A stretch of 26,335 nt of DNA from a virus. Its lineage: Duplodnaviria; Caudoviricetes. The translations under genes and the position numbers were made by a program. The notes below the pieces were generated by a model that saw nothing but the letters and a program-made list of their open reading frames with translations, was not told where the DNA came from and ran no database searches. The first letter of the stretch is position 1, and each line of letters opens with the position of its first letter. Of the stretch, positions 23,753-26,335 are shown piece by piece. The stretch spans positions 1-26,335 of IMG/VR virus record IMGVR_UViG_3300027899_000061. The stretch is one strand, 5' to 3'.

Positions 23753-24082
23753 CTATGTGGAAAAACTGCTGCCACATCCACAAGTGGATTGTGCATTGGG
23801 ATTTTGTATACTAAACTGGCTGCCTTCCAGACTTTCTTTATAGTCAATCACTGCTCCCTCGAGATATTGCATGCTCATTGCATCAATCAGAATTTTAATT
23901 CCCTGCTTTTCTAAAACAAAATCATCCTCGTTTACCTGTTCATCAAAGGTGAACCCATATTGGAATCCAGAACATCCGCCACCCTGCACAAATGTTCTCA
24001 ATTTATAATTTGGATTGTTCTCCTCCACCAACAGTTCGGATATCTTGTTAGCAGCATTTTCAGTTATAGTTACTTGATCCAT
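23753..24082 (-). CDS. erpA: A-type Fe-S carrier ErpA
   Basis: [28 protein letters not shown]. Confidence 0.93.
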   Translation of the reverse strand: MDQVTITENAANKISELLVEENNPNYKLRTFVQGGGCSGFQYGFTFDEQVNEDDFVLEKQGIKILIDAMSMQYLEGAVIDYKESLEGSQFSIQNPNAQSTCGCGSSFST

Positions 24083-24091
24083 AATTTGTCC

Positions 24092-26335
24092 TTAAAGTTT
24101 GCAGGATTCACAATCTTCCTGTTCGTAATCTTCTAGCAGGTCTGTGTCTGGTTTCACCATGTCCCAGATTCGTTGCTCTTCAGTGGTCCTATCCGGGGCT
24201 TTACTGCCCTGTTTGTTAATCAGACTGTAATACAGAGTCTTTCCTCCCCAATACCAAAAATTCATTAGATTTTTTGCTATTAATGTGGTTGGGACTTTAC
24301 GGCCTTTAAAATGCGCAGGATTATAAAATGTATTTGTGCTGATGCTCTGATCGATATACGCTGCCAGCACTGCTGCGGTCTTTAAGTAACCGTCACAGTC
24401 TTTCTGTTCCCACATCAACTGATATTTGTTCTTCAGCCTGTGATATTCTGGAACAACCTGAGTAAAACTTCCGGCTTTGCTTTCTTTTACGCTGATCAAA
24501 CTCATGGGCATTTCAATGCCATTAGTGCTGTTGATGACCACACTGCTGGATTCCACTGGGGCAATGGCCATCTGTGTGGCATTGCGTACTCCGTATTCTT
24601 TCATAGTGGCACGTAAGGTTTCCCAATCTAGCTCAGGAGCAAAGTTGGTTAGGTCATTTACCCCATTGGCCCGTAGTTCCCAGGGAAATACGCCCTTACC
24701 GTATCTGGTATGGTCACTGCCCAGACACTTGCCGCGCTCACGAGCAAGCTCCACACTGGCCTCGGTAAGGTAGTAGGCCTGATGCTCCATCCAGCTTTTA
24801 ACTTCTTGTAACGCATCCTTTTCACCATAGCGCAGACTACGTTTGGCATGCCAGTAGGCCAGGTTGGTGACACCTATACCCAATGGGCGGATTTCATCGT
24901 TGCTTAGTTTGGATTGGATGCTCAGGAAGTCCTGGTAATCCAATATATTATTAAGACTCCTATGTAGAATACGGCAAGCACGACGCATGTCTTCCGGATT
25001 TCTAAAGGCTCCCCAATTGATTGAGCCCAAAGTACAAAGGGCAATGCGACCATCAGCATCGTCAAGACGCTTAAAGGATCTAGTAGGTAAAAGGATTTCA
25101 CAACAAAGGTTACTCTGGTAAATGGTATGATACTCAGGATCAAACGGACCTTGCTTCATAACATTATCAATGTTAACTAGATAGATACGTCCTGTATCAG
25201 TGCGCTCTTTCAGTATGCCTGACTTGAACACATCTTCGGCATTCATGGTCTTCTTGCGCAGACCCTTTTGTTTTTCATACTTGACGTATAATTCCGCAAA
25301 GAGTTCCGTATTAGTATAGAATGCTTCGTAGAGATCGGGAACTTCGTTGGGATCAAAGAATGTTATGTCTTCTTTGTTCTTGAATCTACGCCAGAAGAAG
25401 GCGGAAAGTACAACTCCGTAATCCATGTGCCTAACTCGGGTCTCTTCAGTCCCTTGGTTGTTTTTAAGTACAATAAGATCATCAAATTGATGATGCCAAA
25501 TAGGATAAAATACAGTAGCACTAGCATTACGAATACCCCCTTGTGAACAACTACGCAAATCACCAAACCACTTCTTCAAGAATGGAATCATGCCAGTGTG
25601 CATGATTTCGCCACCCCTGATGGGACTACCCAACGGGCGTAGGCGTCCAATCTCTAAGCCAATGCCAGCACGTTTGCTAGCATATTTGGCCATCATCTCG
25701 CCACTAGCAAATATACTATCAAGATCATCATCACTGCGAATGAGTACACAGGAAGAAAACTGCTTGGTAGGAGTACCAAGCCCAGCAAGAACAGGAGTGG
25801 CGAGAGTGAAAAGACCGTCTGACGCAGCATTGTAATACTCTTTGATGTAGCGCATTCTCGCGCTATTCGGTTCTTCTCGGTGAAATATAGTAGCGGCCGC
25901 GACCATGTATCTAATTTGCGGAGTTTCATAGATTTCCTTTGTTGCACGATTTTTTACTAGATATTTTTCTATTAATTGCTCAATGGCAGCATAGCCGTAT
26001 TGTTCATCCTTGGTATGATCCAGCATGGTTTCCATCCTATGCCAGTCTTCTTCAGTATACCATTCCAATAATTCCGCAGTGTATAACCCAACTGCAACAT
26101 TGCGTTTTACTACTTCATATAGTGGAGGTACTGCATAGGTACCATATACATCTTTTCTCAACATGCTCAGCCGTTGCTTACCTGCTACATACTGATAGTT
26201 GGTATGCCCCACATCGGGGTTGCTTTCCACATCAATTAAATCAACAATGGCACGTAGTGTTATTTCATCAATTTCCTGAGTAGAAATTCCGTCATAAAAA
26301 TGTGGTTGTGCCTTGATCTCAATCATGCTCTGACT
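24092..26335 (-). CDS. nrdA: class Ia ribonucleotide reductase alpha subunit (5' end outside window)
   Basis: QFSSCVL, SNLCCEI, CTLGSIN, APVESSS, KTLYY, C-terminal CESC; frame open to the window edge. Confidence 0.97.
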   Translation of the reverse strand, partial: SQSMIEIKAQPHFYDGISTQEIDEITLRAIVDLIDVESNPDVGHTNYQYVAGKQRLSMLRKDVYGTYAVPPLYEVVKRNVAVGLYTAELLEWYTEEDWHRMETMLDHTKDEQYGYAAIEQLIEKYLVKNRATKEIYETPQIRYMVAAATIFHREEPNSARMRYIKEYYNAASDGLFTLATPVLAGLGTPTKQFSSCVLIRSDDDLDSIFASGEMMAKYASKRAGIGLEIGRLRPLGSPIRGGEIMHTGMIPFLKKWFGDLRSCSQGGIRNASATVFYPIWHHQFDDLIVLKNNQGTEETRVRHMDYGVVLSAFFWRRFKNKEDITFFDPNEVPDLYEAFYTNTELFAELYVKYEKQKGLRKKTMNAEDVFKSGILKERTDTGRIYLVNIDNVMKQGPFDPEYHTIYQSNLCCEILLPTRSFKRLDDADGRIALCTLGSINWGAFRNPEDMRRACRILHRSLNNILDYQDFLSIQSKLSNDEIRPLGIGVTNLAYWHAKRSLRYGEKDALQEVKSWMEHQAYYLTEASVELARERGKCLGSDHTRYGKGVFPWELRANGVNDLTNFAPELDWETLRATMKEYGVRNATQMAIAPVESSSVVINSTNGIEMPMSLISVKESKAGSFTQVVPEYHRLKNKYQLMWEQKDCDGYLKTAAVLAAYIDQSISTNTFYNPAHFKGRKVPTTLIAKNLMNFWYWGGKTLYYSLINKQGSKAPDRTTEEQRIWDMVKPDTDLLEDYEQEDCESCKL

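Noticed and set aside
2733-25947. Alternative-frame minus-strand ORFs (e.g. 2733, 5372, 6142, 11443, 11993, 12592, 12820, 13948, 14594, 21692, 24658-25947)
   Set aside because: They overlap genes with clear SD, coupling or family motifs in another frame.
416-26283. All plus-strand ORFs in the track
   Set aside because: They are antisense shadows of better-supported minus-strand genes, with no recognisable motifs.
1-26335. Stop-codon reassignment as a cause of the many short ORFs
   Set aside because: nrdA, nrdB and the 696-aa ORF are uninterrupted in the standard code, and the short genes have coupled starts at their stops.
21654-26335. Intron or intein in nrdA/nrdB
   Set aside because: Both read as continuous frames of normal length with expected motif order.
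1-26335. tRNA or rRNA genes
   Set aside because: No cloverleaf or rRNA-like sequence recognised; intergenic gaps are short and explained by promoters.

Overview
All supportable genes in this 26.3-kb window lie on the minus strand, and the content fits a large lytic dsDNA tailed phage, probably a myovirus (PAAR spike gene). A proteobacterial host is inferred from IscU/IscA/ErpA and the sigma70-type promoters. In transcription order (right to left) there are four blocks. (1) Nucleotide metabolism: partial nrdA, an erpA-iscU-iscA trio, nrdB, a Cys-rich secreted protein, an SNase-like nuclease and glutaredoxin. (2) Virion/lysis: PAAR, two unknown proteins, a SleB-like cell wall hydrolase and a membrane protein. 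(3) Early genes behind 11 near-consensus TTGACN-N16/17-TATAAT promoters, including a type IV pilin-like protein and a CX5R phosphatase. (4) A ~10-kb translationally coupled array of small genes (2720-12503), followed by an ART-PolyVal-like ADP-ribosyltransferase. The array is the standout. It holds 13 full paralogs (plus 1 degenerate) with the layout MNERIKELA-variable1-EKFAELIVxEC-variable2-HFGVEE. The constant boxes are conserved at DNA level, including synonymous sites, while the intervening segments are mostly unrelated. The junction box GGAGTTGAAGAATGAACGAACGA (SD + stop/start) is also attached to unrelated genes, to a truncated dCMP-deaminase-like fragment, and once out of frame. One paralog is a visible mosaic of two others. 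This looks like a recombination-driven cassette/segment-shuffling system. No recombinase or reverse transcriptase is in the window, so the mechanism is inference. Family assignments come from motif recognition, not database searches.
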